This document shows positions 25,785-39,311 of a stretch of DNA of 64,000 nucleotides, piece after piece (position 1 is the first letter of the stretch; each line of letters opens with the position of its first letter). This DNA is from Balanoglossus misakiensis (lineage: Eukaryota; Animalia; Hemichordata), in NCBI GenBank assembly GCA_040954595.2, contig CM082586.2, forward strand, positions 2,671,124-2,735,123, given 5' to 3'. Under the pieces are notes generated by a model. That model was not told where the DNA came from and did not search any database. It saw only the letters and a list, made by a program, of their open reading frames with translations. A program made the translations under genes and the position numbers.

Positions 25785-27136
25785 ATATATATGATCACGG
25801 GTACATTTGCACATGGAACTTTAAGGGACTGATTGTGTGACTTTGATACTTTCAAGTTATTCTGTCAATTAGTATCTTGGTTTACAATATAATCATGACG
25901 TTCATAGAGTGAGACTAAAACAAAGGACAACGGGGTAACTTTATTGCTCTAGTATACATTACGTGGTTACATCATAATTCTAAAGTCAACGTACCTGAGC
26001 ATACATTTTTCACATATCTATATCTCACCATAAATGTACATGTACTCGAATTGACGCACTCAGTAAATCTTGTATATTTACATTCAAAACACTATCAAGG
26101 AAAGCCCAAAGATTCTAAATACCCATAATGACCCTGTACGTACGCGCAGATATACAGTACATTCATGCACTATATACATGTATACACACAACATTAATCA
26201 AAAGAAACACATTACACGAGAATCGTATAAAACTTTTCAAGAAGAACAAACTAAAAGCATGACAGCTGCCATTGTCTGGGGTTTAGTCTGTCCCAAAAAC
26301 CGGTCTCTTGTCCAGTCCAATTTTGAAACATTTAATTGGAATGTTATTGTACTGCGTGAAATGCATTTCGATTAATAATTACTACCAAATTACTTGGCAC
26401 CTCGACAGACACCAAAGCATATTGTTTGCAATTATCGTGTACATTGTATTAGTTACACTTTGCGCAGCAACTGGGACCCATACCCGCAGTCGCAGATGGA
26501 ACGACATCCACCCTCTAAAGTGAAACTTGGTGGCGCTATTAACCTGAGCAGTACTACTCGTCTACAATTTTTTCATGTACAGTAGTTGAATACTAAGTGG
26601 CAGAATTTCCCCTGAAAAATTCGACTCTATTTTAAGTTCACAGAACATTTACAAAATCCTAATATTTGCACGAAAACACAATGCGTATGGCTCAAGTCGT
26701 ACAATGAAGTAGATTACAACTATACTGGAGTATTGCTTATAGATATTTCCACTGGAAACGATGGTTTACTTGGGCGGTCGTAACGTGAAATGACTGCTCC
26801 AGTAAAAGACGACATCGCGCGGCCGAAACTAATTTTTATCGCTTGTGGCTATGGTGTACATTCACGGTGCCATGAGTTGATGTTTGCTTCTAAAACCGAT
26901 CATTGATGCCAAGGAGCGTTTCCACCAGTTGTCTCTCATATCACAGTCACAATAAAAGTCATGCATAGTTCCTTCCATACTGTCCCAGTACAAAACAATA
27001 TAAAACATCCTTAAAACTCAAACTGACAGTTAACATTATATCTTGCCCCTTCAGTGGATACCTAACTCCCCATCACAAAATTTTATAACAAAAAAAGTCT
27101 CGCCACGGCAGACATTTCGACGGGTTACTAACAGCC

Positions 27137-30100
27137 TCACACCGCGTCGCCGCGTGCGGGCTCTTCACCTTTCGAGTATTTATTGGCGTCTCTCTTCTTA
27201 GATTTTGCCACTTCTTGTTTCCGTTTCCTCACTCCCAGTATGATTACTATTATCAGAAGCAGAGCGCAGAGTATGATAATTATGCCACCCGCTAATCCTA
27301 GAGGACCAAAGATCTCATCTGTTGAGAGACAAAGTAGAGGAAAATCGTAAAGAACTACCTTTTTTCGTCCTGCCCAGCTGTGAATTTCAAACAAGACAAT
27401 TCTATTGATTTCTATTGACAGAAAACAACGTTTAACAGCTTTTTGGTGTTGTCTAACTTTAAGCTAGTTGTTGTTGTTGTTGTTATTGTTGTTGATGTTG
27501 GTGTTGTACAAATTTGTAAGATCTGTCTCCGGTCATTGTTGTTCAACAAAATTACAACGTATATGGGTACGCTTTAGATGTTGTAACTAGGGGCGCCTGA
27601 TGTGGGCTGATGCAAAATTTGCATTTTTAGATTTACCTCTTGCGCAAAGCACTTCGTCCTCATCCTCTCCATACGGACAATCTTTGAATACATTACACAC
27701 TTCAATACCGTTTAGGATGTAAGCATTCGTTTCATCGGTTCCATTCGGTGAAATAGTTGTGGTCACATCAACTTCCAGCCCGGTAGTGTTGCATACAAAT
27801 GTGCAGTGTTCATCTGAGTGGAAAACAAAATGCATTTTTATCTCAATTAACCCTTTTTCAAACAGAAACAGTAATTATGTAGCTACCAAACGGCCAGAAT
27901 TAAAATTCCAGGAGAATCCAGTAGTGCCATCTACAGACAAACCTCTTGTCACTGTAAACGCCTCTTCGTTTTTGTACTCGCCGAGGCAGTTCCGTACGCT
28001 GTCGCACTTTAAACGAGAATCGATACACAGACTTTCGGTCGCGTTCCCATCTTCTTTTTCGCAAATATAACAATCTAGAAATGACAGAACATAGTTAGAA
28101 AACTTGGTGCGAAAGCAAATAGCCAAAGTCGCCGATAAGCAGCACAGCATACGCGACGCAGCGCCCTCGAACGACGGATTTAAACATTGAAGTACTAATT
28201 GTCTTAAAAAAGTGATAGTTATGTAGTCAGCCGCGTTAAAGTGCTTACCTTGCGTCAAATCCGTCACCGTCTGGAACGCCAGAAAAGTTGCCTCAAATCT
28301 GGTGTCGTTCCGTATACCTACAGTGTCGGGAACGCTGATTCGAATATCTATTGATCTGTCCGTTGACAAGTGAGCCTCCATGATTGCCGGTTCTTCCGAC
28401 TCGCACAGATTGTTTATGACGTCACCGGTCGCGGTGTCCACCAAGGTGATTTCACTCGATTCGCAGTCCACAGAAACAGTGCCGCCGTTGGTCTGATCCT
28501 CATCCTGTTTTACCCACAATGCCACCCTATTGTCTTCCGGCAGCGTCAGTCTCAGTGTGCAGTCTGCTTCGTCTGTCTTCCTCATCTCTTCTTTCGTGAC
28601 GTGAAACACGACAGTCCCTGCCAAGGCCGAAGTCTCAAATTCTTTTAAATATTCCACGCCGCATTCTTGGTGCATTACTGTGCAACAAAATGGGTGAAAA
28701 ATGATTACCACATTTTTAAAAATAGTTCGACAGTGTTAGATGTGCTATTCCAGTCGCACAGCCCATCACAAATTAAAGCGGAATTTTTTTCTGTCTTCCG
28801 ACACTATGTTCGCCAAAGAAGCCTTTCTATTCCCGACAGGATGCGCGAAAATCGTCACGATTGACTGCTAAGTCGACCGTGATGACGTCATCAATTTTTG
28901 ATGACTCTAGATGTGATGTGAATCAGTGAGGCCCGACCTCTTAATGGGATTCACTCAGAAACTCTTGCCTCAGATCTTCGCTTGAAGTCCTAAACAAATC
29001 GAACGTCTTCTGATTTACCCTTTTTAAAGGAAACCATGGTTTAAATGACTCCACATAAATTTGAAAATTTACAAAAAATTAGAGGTTTAATCTTCTTGAC
29101 ATCTGCCCCTAAGGTGCATTATACAAAGAGGCTGCACAATCCGGAATACGTGTTTGTTCCTGACCAACACAATGAGTCAACTCCACGTCTTGGAAACAGG
29201 TGCAGTCCACTGATGCATAATCCGGCAACTGCTCCAGATTATCGTTTCCGAAATCGCTCAAGGATGTTCTAGAAACCATAACGAGTCATCAATTTTGAAT
29301 GACGTGTTGTAAAAGTGTGGGTACGCAGTGTCGTGGGGGCACCATCCCCGACGTGAACACCCCTCAGGGGGAATATGTTCCCCGGCAGTAAGGTTTTAAC
29401 GAATTCAAAGCTCACAAACCAGGATGAATCATCCATAAATTGTTTTCAATTTTCCTTGACCCTTGTTAACTGCAGTGGTACTATTTTTACGAAGGTACAC
29501 TTAGTATAAAAAATCATTGTTCCCGATTTAGAATATCATAAAATATGTATGCAAGAGCATCGCTTGCGGTAGAAGTCTTTATGCAACAAACAAGCGAGTA
29601 ACCAACACATTGAAACAGTACAACTACAGGCATAGACTGATATCACCACTTTTAACATTCTAAAGTTTCCAAGGTCATGACTGTTGAAACCTTCTGGTCG
29701 AAATTTAATAAAAAATATAAACATGTTCGTCACGGTTTGTGTAATATTACTTAGCACAAGCACAATTCAATTTATTCGTGTAACTATCTGTTTAAATATG
29801 TCACATTTTAGACAATGTCAATCAATCACCTGTTTTCTTTGGATATACTTCCATTAAAATGAGAGAGCGCCAGGAATTACCGGAAGCGTTAAGTTGGTTT
29901 CCCGGTAATGGATTCGCTTCCTGTACGAGTATTACACCAAGCACACGATTATCAATCTTGGTGATGAATTAATAGCGGCGAAGTATCATGAGAATCATAT
30001 GCGTTGATTTAAAGGGTGGGTGTCGTCCCGTCTGCGGCTGCGGGTAAGGGTCCTACAGTACACAGTTGCTAGCAATAGGTGCAAATGTAACTGCTGCGTT

Positions 30101-32015
30101 GTTCATCATAGCAAACAATATGGTTGTTGCCACTGGCATAGTCATAAACACTGCAGGAACGTCGCACATGTGCAGTCCAGACGTCCTTCTTTAAATAAAC
30201 CGCAGACACAAACACACCCACTCATAGTTCAAATACAAATCAAGCTTAAATATGCACTGCACAGGTGTTTCATAGTACCGCAAGACGAAATACATTACAC
30301 ATGTTACATAAAGAAAGAAAGTGGGTTGAAGTGTGCCCCTTCCATATATTTCTAATGAACCTATCCGCCACTTGACTAAATATAGTTTGGGCATCTCAGC
30401 TCATGTAGAAGCAAATTGAACCGATCTGTTTTGACTTTTAAATGTTAACCTCCGGATAATCCACTGAAGCAAATTTCAAATACAATGTAGCTACCGCGGC
30501 ATTTATAAACCGACTTTGCGCGACGTATCCGGTACAGTGACAAGTATTTTTAGAGTTTCATTTGTAAAATTAAATTAACGTAGAAGAAAATGTCATTTCG
30601 TTTTATAGTTGTTGTAAATTGAAGGAAACTTCAAATTAATTTACAGAGGTATATTGAATAATACTCTGTGACTAAAGTTGTTAACTTTCATTTCAGCTTT
30701 AATGTACTGGGGCCAAAGGTCATATGCAAATTTAGACTTTTGATGTCTCACATTAGTTCGTATCAATCCGCGAGCCAATCTCAGTTTCTCCCTCGCATGC
30801 TTTTTACATGTATATCGTTTGACACTTTGTCGGAAAGGTTTCTCGATTGATAAACATTACATATCGAAGTTCACATTAGAGTTAAATCTATTTAGCACAA
30901 ATCAAATTCTATCCTTTCAGCGCACGAGTAATTCCATTCGATTGAATGTAGTACCTCTGCTAGGAATGAAATGAGTTCGGCCCCTAAATGACGAATGAAG
31001 CTTGCACACAGTGGCACGATTTCTGGATGTCTATTAATGTTTAATGTTGACTTACAGAAAGCACACACATCAGTCAGTGCGATATTCTGGGATTACATCG
31101 TGTAAGCCCAATTCTCAATGGAAATAACGCGATTCCGTGGACGACACCAAGGCTGTAATATTTCATGACTGAACGACAGGAAGTTGTCGCTTAAATGTAG
31201 TATCTTGAAAAAATACATTTTCACTTTTTAACAAACCTACCAAGAAAACCAAATTTTGTACCAAGAACACTGTGTTTTCCTCGTTTCCAATGTAGTAGTG
31301 TATTTTTGATAAATACCCTTTGCGAAGGACCTTTTTTATTTTTAGAAAGAATTTGTACGATCTGAAGCAATTGCTAGGAAAATACCTAATTAATTTATCG
31401 CTCCCGGCGGACAGGTTAAAACAACATTAATTAACAATTACGCATCTCACAGCTGTTATAGAGCAATGTAAGGATTGTCGAACGGCTGTATCATGGAAAA
31501 GCTCTACACTCTCGGCGGTAGCTTATTTTTGGAAGAAACGCGGCATATAAAAAGACGATAAAATTGTTATTGGCAGTCACCCAGAGTATAATCATAAACT
31601 TGAAAGTTATTAGATGTTCACGCGTCGAATTCTATTACAACTGATTGAGTCCTAAGGGCAGTTTATACCAATTTGAGTAAACTATGAATTTCTTGTGTTT
31701 TATGGTCTCATCATTGCTTTTTTTCTGCCGTAGACATCTGGCATTCAGAGTGTCTACATGATGTCATACAACTGAGAAATCAAGTTATCATGTTGTGGCC
31801 TTCAGGCAGGTGGATAATTTCGTTATCTTCACCATTACCTGCCTTGACACTGAAGCCTTTGAAAGGAGGAAAAGTCTTTCCTTCAGTGATTAGATGCGAT
31901 AATTTTTCTTACCTTTGCGATAAAGCTCTGGAACCAGCACCGGTACGGGTATGGAGTAGCTGGCACAGCAAGAGGCGACGAACGCTCCCAAAATCAGGAA
32001 AGTTTTCACAATCAT
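27137..32015 (-). CDS. Type I membrane protein, signal-CUB-LDLa-LDLa-TM (paralogue A, about 340 aa)
   Basis: Exons: 32015-31913 (MIVKTFLILGAFVASCCASYS signal), 28677-28249 (CUB-like, 4 Cys), 28074-27943 (LDLa), 27813-27637 (LDLa), 27318-27137 (TM GIIIILCALLLIIVIILGV, basic stop-transfer, tail ending GDAV). All introns are phase 1 GT-AG. Confidence 0.85.
27466..27507. repeat. (GTT)n microsatellite, intronic
   Basis: Imperfect GTT run. Confidence 0.8.
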
Positions 32016-35000
32016 CTTCTTCGGAGATTATCAAATTGATTAGATCAAGAGATAAGGGAACCCGCGTTCTCTGTAGACTGTGCGATGCCTGAAGTACTCC
32101 TGTATTGTCTATACAGTATGCTGTCCACGTCCGCTGTTGGGCCATTCATAATTCATGGTAACTGTTCAGTCATACCCGTCATGCACTGCCCATGGTTCTA
32201 CTCCCTTTTTCCCGGGCTCATACTTTCGCTGTCCCCTCCCCCAGTCTCCCTCTCCCTCACTCAGTGTGTCTGCATGCGTTGTTTCAAATTTGCATACGGC
32301 GTTGTGACTGTTACATTTTTCTGACAGCCACTCGTTCGTGTTCCCTTCCCTTCCCCCCTCTCCTTCATTCCAGTTTCGTCCTGTGGTGCAATTGCTTGGT
32401 TAAATTAAAGTTGAAACACCGCTCGACGAATCAGCAAACTGACAGAGCATAGTGACCCCTTTGGTGACGTACACACTCAACAAAAACAGCCAACCTCGGT
32501 CATGTTCATGTTCAGGGCATATCAGTCAGTTTACAAGTCTTACAAGGTCAAGTGCATGCCTATTCGAGAAGGTGAAACCGCACTTCCCCAATAAAGTATT
32601 AAAGTTCAATGTTGACATAACATGAAATACCACGTCACCGTGATAGAGAGTTTAGAATATTTTCATCTTCTCCAACATCGTTAGATATTTGACACACGTT
32701 TACTATTCAGTAAATTTGCCATTAGGTAATTCAAATACAACTGTACCATTCCGGACAGGTGGTGAAGGGCCGGGGGTGACACATTAACGCTGTGAAATAA
32801 CAATAGCTCATTGAAATTCGGGTTGACGTAATTCAAAGTTTGAGTTCTAATGTGCGTACTACGTTGTAGTCTGCGCCAAAATAGGTCAGCTTGCTCATTC
32901 TGTAAGTTATCCTGCTTTGATTGACATCAATTTGTATTTTTTTACAACTTCTACTTCATCGCACCTCCTAACAATGAGAGTTGTAATCATCGTTTAACTT
33001 GAGAATCAAGGCACACACATTCGACCCATTTTTATCGCCGCTTACAAAACAGTAACTTCATCCTCGATCGGGAAACTCGTTTACATTCATTAGATTATAT
33101 TATCATTCTAAACAGAAAGGCCGGGTGACTTTCAAAAGGTCCATGTGCCAGCGCGTGTGCAAATGTCAATAGAACAGTTTTAAATGTTTTATCATCATGC
33201 AAAAAGCAAAAATAACATATCGAAATGACTCGGGTTTAAAATATTCACTTTAAGAAAAAAAAATGCAATTTCCGGTCACAAAGCGGATATCGCGGATGTA
33301 CAATAATTTTTTTCCGTAGTCCAATAACTAGCCCCCGGAAACGTGTTACATGTGAAAATGAAAAGCGGTGAGCTTTTGTGGCGGTAAATCAACATTCATG
33401 ATTCAATGCCAGATCACACCGTCGCAGGTTGTGTATCGATCTCGATTGTTTATTCCGACAACGCTCCGGGTCTTTTGGCCTGGCGTTGAAGATAAATTTT
33501 GAGGCGTGCGGGGTACCCGAGCATCCCATAGGCTTATAAGGATAAACATAGGAAAGAGAGAGAGAAAAAAAACACACATGCTTGTGTAAGGCGAAATGAT
33601 AGCGCCGTTCCTTCGGGAATACGCAAAGTGTCTTTACAAGCACTGAATGGGTAATTGTCTTGACCTTTGCATCGCCATCCTTTGCATGACAACTGAAGAC
33701 TATGACGTCAAAGAGACGCAGGTTGCCCCGGGAAACTGTCAGCTCTCCACATTGTCAGTCTGTGCAAGGTGTGCCGTGGTTTGAAGTACCCGGATGAGAG
33801 ACCAAGGGTCAGTCTTGGCTTCTGATTTATTTATTACTGGTAATTCTATTAGTCACTTTATCAGTTGCTGACTTGAACTGTGTACTGTATCCAAGCTAGA
33901 ACCCTCCTCCCTCAATCATTTTCATCATACCAACATATACCTACCCAATTATCTACTATAGCTCCCACCCATTTATTCAACCACCTATACTGACCTTCCT
34001 AAATTCTGTCAAGATATGATTTATGTTTTATCGTGACACTGACCTGTACACTGTCAGCAAATCCAAGGATTTGTTTCAATATTAAATACAGGATGAATGA
34101 TAGGTGTATTTGCCAGCCGTGTATACTTCTATATTATAGATGCTGACTTGTGTTTTCTATTGGTCGGTGTATATTTTAATCGCTTCCTTGTGTTCGATGG
34201 ACGTTGAGATTCATCCAAGCCATCAAACCGAATGCAAATGTTTGCCGCTTGCGCCATCCTCCCGTTCATTTTGTACACGATTGCATTGCTGTCTAACGCT
34301 TCGGTCTTACTCCCCTGGCGGAAAACGGATTACCGTCTTGTGTATTTTCAGTCTCTTTCGAACCATAAATAAGATTCTGTGTAAATATTCTTCCCGTCGA
34401 AAGTAAAATATCGCCCCCAACGGGGTGGTGTTTTTGCAAGATAGTGGTGAGCACGCCGCCCTTTCTGTTTGAGGGTACATCCATAACAGATCCTGTCCAT
34501 TAAACCTTAGTCCCAAGCGTCAACTTCTGATGCATATTTAGATGGTGCAGAGAATTCATTGAGGGCGAAGGTCTATTTGGTACACTTCTTCTAGTGTACA
34601 GGCAAATCCCTGACCAGGCTTAACTTGGCGCCGCAAGGGGGAAATATTTAACACACCAAACTGGACACTGCGTCGCGGGGAATAATCACGGCGGTAAATA
34701 GGTAGATGCGAATGAACCTGTGCGAATGTCTTTTTATTTACTTCAACTGAAAATGATATGCGTTAACTTCTCTTACAAATTAACATAAAAAAGACGTGAA
34801 TTTGAAATGCAGTGTGTAATGCCATGGACTATTCAAGTATTTTGTGTGTATGATGAAATAGTCCCTGAGATTGCCAACGGTCATGTCGCCATGTTGTGAC
34901 GTCATAAGATACGGATGACTGACATGGCGTCGAGGTCACGTGTGTAAATGAATTCACTGTTATTGAACCCGCTTCCCACCGCCTATTATACAGATATGTT

Positions 35001-35637
35001 AATGAAAACCTTCAATTATTGGGACATAGTGTTAATGTTCTCTCTTGTGACCTTCGACATGATCACATGACTTATTGAAACGCCGCCATATCAACTTGAC
35101 ATGATAAAACATTATTCCCGTATATAATAAGATTCATTGCCCACTGTGGACACGCAACTGTTTGTTTATTTTAATTATAACACTTATCGCGTAATATGCA
35201 AAATTTGAAAAGAAACCCACGGATGTATATTTTACAATAATTATGTAGTAAATGGTATTCGTGTAAATATCCAACACCTCGAATATAATTAAATTACATC
35301 ATAAAAAACGTTTAAAAATATGCATATCAATTACGATAAATATGTAGTATCAAAGACAAAGGGCGATAAAGTACCCGTTATACCTAACTTGTTATAATGA
35401 AAGTAGGGGTTATATTTCTGGGGAAGATAAGGTAAACTGTGTGCGAGATCTCGCAGGATCTCGTGGAGTTCGGAAAATGGTCTACTACAAGAGCCTGCTT
35501 CATTCTTGTGTTACATTGGGTTGTTAGGCCTCAACACGCAGGACACTTCTCTGACAAACCGATATGGTGCAATTGTTTAAAAACTTCTACATCAACATTT
35601 GTAAACACTTAAACATATTGTGATATATTAAATTTTT

Positions 35638-38600
35638 CTACACAGGCGTGGAGTCGCCGAAATCGTGTTTTGGCGCGGTTATCACTTCGCCTGATTTCTT
35701 CAGACACGGCTCTCTCTCCGGCCTCTGTTTGAGAGTGCGCACGCTGACCACGTTGATCTTCTCCAGTTTGCGCGGTTTGGGCTTGGTGCAGCAGCACACC
35801 AAGCAGACGACAAAAAGTGCCACCGTCGTTATGCCAATGAGGATGCTGAAGACGATGTCAAACATCGACATGTTGCTGAACGGTGCGGGGGCTGTAGCCG
35901 TAGCTGTTAATTGAAATAACGAGATAGTAGAAAGTTGTGAGCGTTTGACTGACTTGTGTTATTAGCAGGCGTAAGATGCTCACTAAGTCGTGTTACATAA
36001 TATACTAGTAGCTGCCACAGAGAATTTCTCAGGGCGTGGATAGGGTATGTATAGCTCCACAGGGCCGGTACAGCTGTGTAGGCACTAGACCAGTCTAAGA
36101 AACCGCTGCTTATACTCACTTAGCTCCTCGGGTCCGTCTTCGCCATCGCGTTGACACAATTCATCAGACTCGTCTAGTCCGGACTCGCAATCCCTAACCC
36201 CATCACAAACCTGTTCGTCTCTCAGTGTAGAGCCATCACAAACAAAATCGCATCCATTTTCTGGACAGAGAAAGTTAAAATTTACAAATTAAATTATGTC
36301 CATCAATCATATGTTATATAAACACACGCATTATGTTGTTACTGTCGTCGTTGGTGGTAGTGGTGGTGGTTTTGTTTTGCTGTTGTTGTTTTTTTGTTAT
36401 AATACATGTAATGTCAACTCGTATGTGTTTTACCATTCCTATGCCTGTAATTTTCGTCACTTCCGTTGGGACAGTTGTCATTCTTGTCGCATAGCAACGA
36501 TGAATCAATGCAGACGGGAAAGTCGACAGTTTCGAGGCAACTAAAACAGTCATCTGTGAAAGAAAAATAACGATTCTTGTAATTTAAGACGGATATTATA
36601 TTGAACACGGTATAAGTGTCTGAAAACATTGTACCCCCTAGGTTAGCATTGCCATACCTGCAGAGCGCCTCCACTGAGTCAACTCGAGCAACACTTTTGT
36701 TTTTTGTATCTTAACACTCACCGGAGACGGTGTTCCTGAAGGCTGTGAACTGAACTGTCAACACAAGTGGCCCAGCCATGTCCGGGTCTGATTCCACCTG
36801 GAGAGTGAGTGTATTGCCAACACTGTAGAATGGCAGAAGCGTTAGATCCGCGGCGTCCTCAGCGTCACTGCATAGACTGATACGCGGTTCCATTCCCGCG
36901 GCTGTCGGCGTGGATTGGGCGGAGGGGTCGTCCGCGTTTGAGTCGGAGACTGATAGATAGACGTTCGAGCATTGGCTGCCCCCGCTGTCCAGTACCAGGG
37001 TGGTACTTTTCACCTGAATAGCGATTCTCTCGCCTTCTTTGACGGTGAAGTCGACCGAACACTTGGCGGCGCTCGAGGAGTCCGCGGGTAAATTGAAATT
37101 GATCACTCCCGAGGGATTGGTGCTGTCTATGGTCACTGGACCACCTGAGCAATCGCCTACAGTTACTGTAACATACAAAAAGTACCATTCATGAATATTT
37201 GGACTTTTGCACTTACCTTTGGTGCAATATGTGCACAGTCAGCTGTGTTATAGTTGAAAATTGAATTTAAGTCCGGACTTGAATTAAAAGGTTATAGATA
37301 CTGGGGCTTTAAATGGTGCCGGTTACCATGGAAGGCGAAACTTACCTTGGCCAGCATGTGATTGTGTGAGATTGTACACTGCATTGCGAATATTTGACCA
37401 ATGAACTGCAGGCAATATATTTGCCTTCCTTACTATTTATATCTAAACTATTTTTGAATTTCATAATGGCAACAGATTGCATTGTTTCTGACACTTACAG
37501 CAAAGCGAATCTGTTGTGAATTGTCCATTGACAGCGGGCGCTGTCTAAAATAAAACCGTTAACGCAAACCTAACTATAAAAAAGTGAGATTGGCTACATG
37601 CATGTAATCATTACCACGACTATGATTCCAATATGGTCGTTACAGATGGTAGAGTTTATTGGGGAGATCTGACATGACTATTTTTAGATGCGTTCTGTAC
37701 ATGCATGTACAAACAATTTGTACAACTGTATCATTATCATTTAAATATACTAGTTTTGCCAGAAACGACGCGTTGAAGACGCGAACATCGAGGACGTCTT
37801 ATCCGACAGTGCGCGTCTATAAATCAAAGCATTTTGTCATCCCGGCCTGAAACATTGATGATTCAGGGCACAAATTTAACACACGGTTGTGGTAAATAAT
37901 GAATTATCGCATACACAAGAGCTCAGTCTGTCGGAGCATGCCGTAATGGATTGCAAACAACTGTCGCCGTTCTCGTCCTATTATTGTATTGCATTGTGAT
38001 GTTCTGGGTGCGCGTGGTACAGCTTAATTCTAAATATGGTCTACAGACTGTAATTTCACTTGTCATTCGAATTAAAGACGCGAGGATTTGCCCCCCCCCC
38101 CAAAAAAAAAAAATGTGCCAATATTTCACTTGCAGAGTGTCACCATTTGGTAAACTTTCCTATGATCCGGGGTCGCAAAATTCGTGACCTTTATAATTTC
38201 ATATGCGGAGCATGTAGCCCCGATAATAGGATTCACGAAGACTGAGCGAGCGGTGATCCTCTCTAGTGATATGTGCTCTATCGATGTTCTGTTTGGCTTT
38301 TGTTAAAGGGTTTATCTTCATATATATATTAGAGAGTCGTGTGCCTAGCAACAGAAATCCTGGTCTGGGGACTAGAAAATCGTCTTTGTTTTCTCTGATT
38401 TGTCTTCTGTTCGCGGCGCAATCGGTCGTTCAGTACAAGCGGAGAATCCGCCGGGATCTGTGTGAGAAACTTTGCGCTGATGAATGCAAATACGCGTGTT
38501 GTGTCTTTCAAGTTGACCTGGTGGGTCTGGGAACATAAAATTAATGCAAATGTGAACTACAAGTGATGATTGAATTACTGAGAATGAAACAATTTTCCGG

Positions 38601-39311
38601 GACGCTGTAGTCTTGGAGAAGCTCTTTCTGAAAGTATACAAATTGACACTGAATGTTTAAATGGAGACAAATTGACATGTATTAAGTGTCCACACGTATG
38701 CTTGTTCTGCGACGGCTATTTTGAATGCGCATTTAATTGCAGTATAGTTTTTTTACACATTCGGAAAAAAGACGCTATTTTAATATCACTGGATAAAAAC
38801 AATCGCAGTCTGAGAGACCAACTCAATAGAGTCGTAATGCCTGGTTTGGAGTGACTGCCCTGCAAATTGAACTATCTTGATATTATTACGGGTCTCGCGA
38901 CTGCACGTGCTTAATATGCCAATGAAAATGCGACACCCTAATGACATCTACTCTTCTGACATTGAAATTTCAGTGTCTGGACATTTCAATATTATTTTCA
39001 ACGCGTCGTGATAATTGCGCTACTCTCAGTTCCCATCAATTCGCAGTTCATCTGACCCTTGGTTGGATTTCAAAAATATGGACATGATGGGTTGACGACA
39101 ATATGTGATGCAGTGTTGAGCCGACAAACTATATATATTGTGCCAATTTGGGAATACTGGGAAACAGCTGCTGCCATGTCATTTTCTGGATGAGACTTTA
39201 ACTTGATTTTCATGAGAAAAAGAATGTCCACTTACCGTATTCGTACTGAGCATTTGATGTCATAAAATTGCAAAGTGTGGCGGCGATCAGTATTCCATAA
39301 ATAAGATTCAT
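35638..39311 (-). CDS. Type I membrane protein, signal-CUB-LDLa-LDLa-TM (paralogue B, about 348 aa)
   Basis: Exons: 39311-39236 (MNLIYGILIAATLCNFMTSNAQ signal), 37165-36722 (CUB-like), 36553-36434 (LDLa, CDKNDNCPNGSDE), 36260-36120 (LDLa, CDGVRDCESGLDE), 35903-35638 (TM, CCC, tail ending STPV). All introns are phase 1. Confidence 0.88.

Noticed and set aside
29328-29385. GC-rich hairpins resembling a Helitron 3' end
   Set aside because: No CTRR terminus at the expected distance and no matching 5' end.
31909-32145. ORF-track 78-aa peptide as the first exon of paralogue A
   Set aside because: Wrong frame; the signal peptide is in another frame starting at the ATG at 32015.
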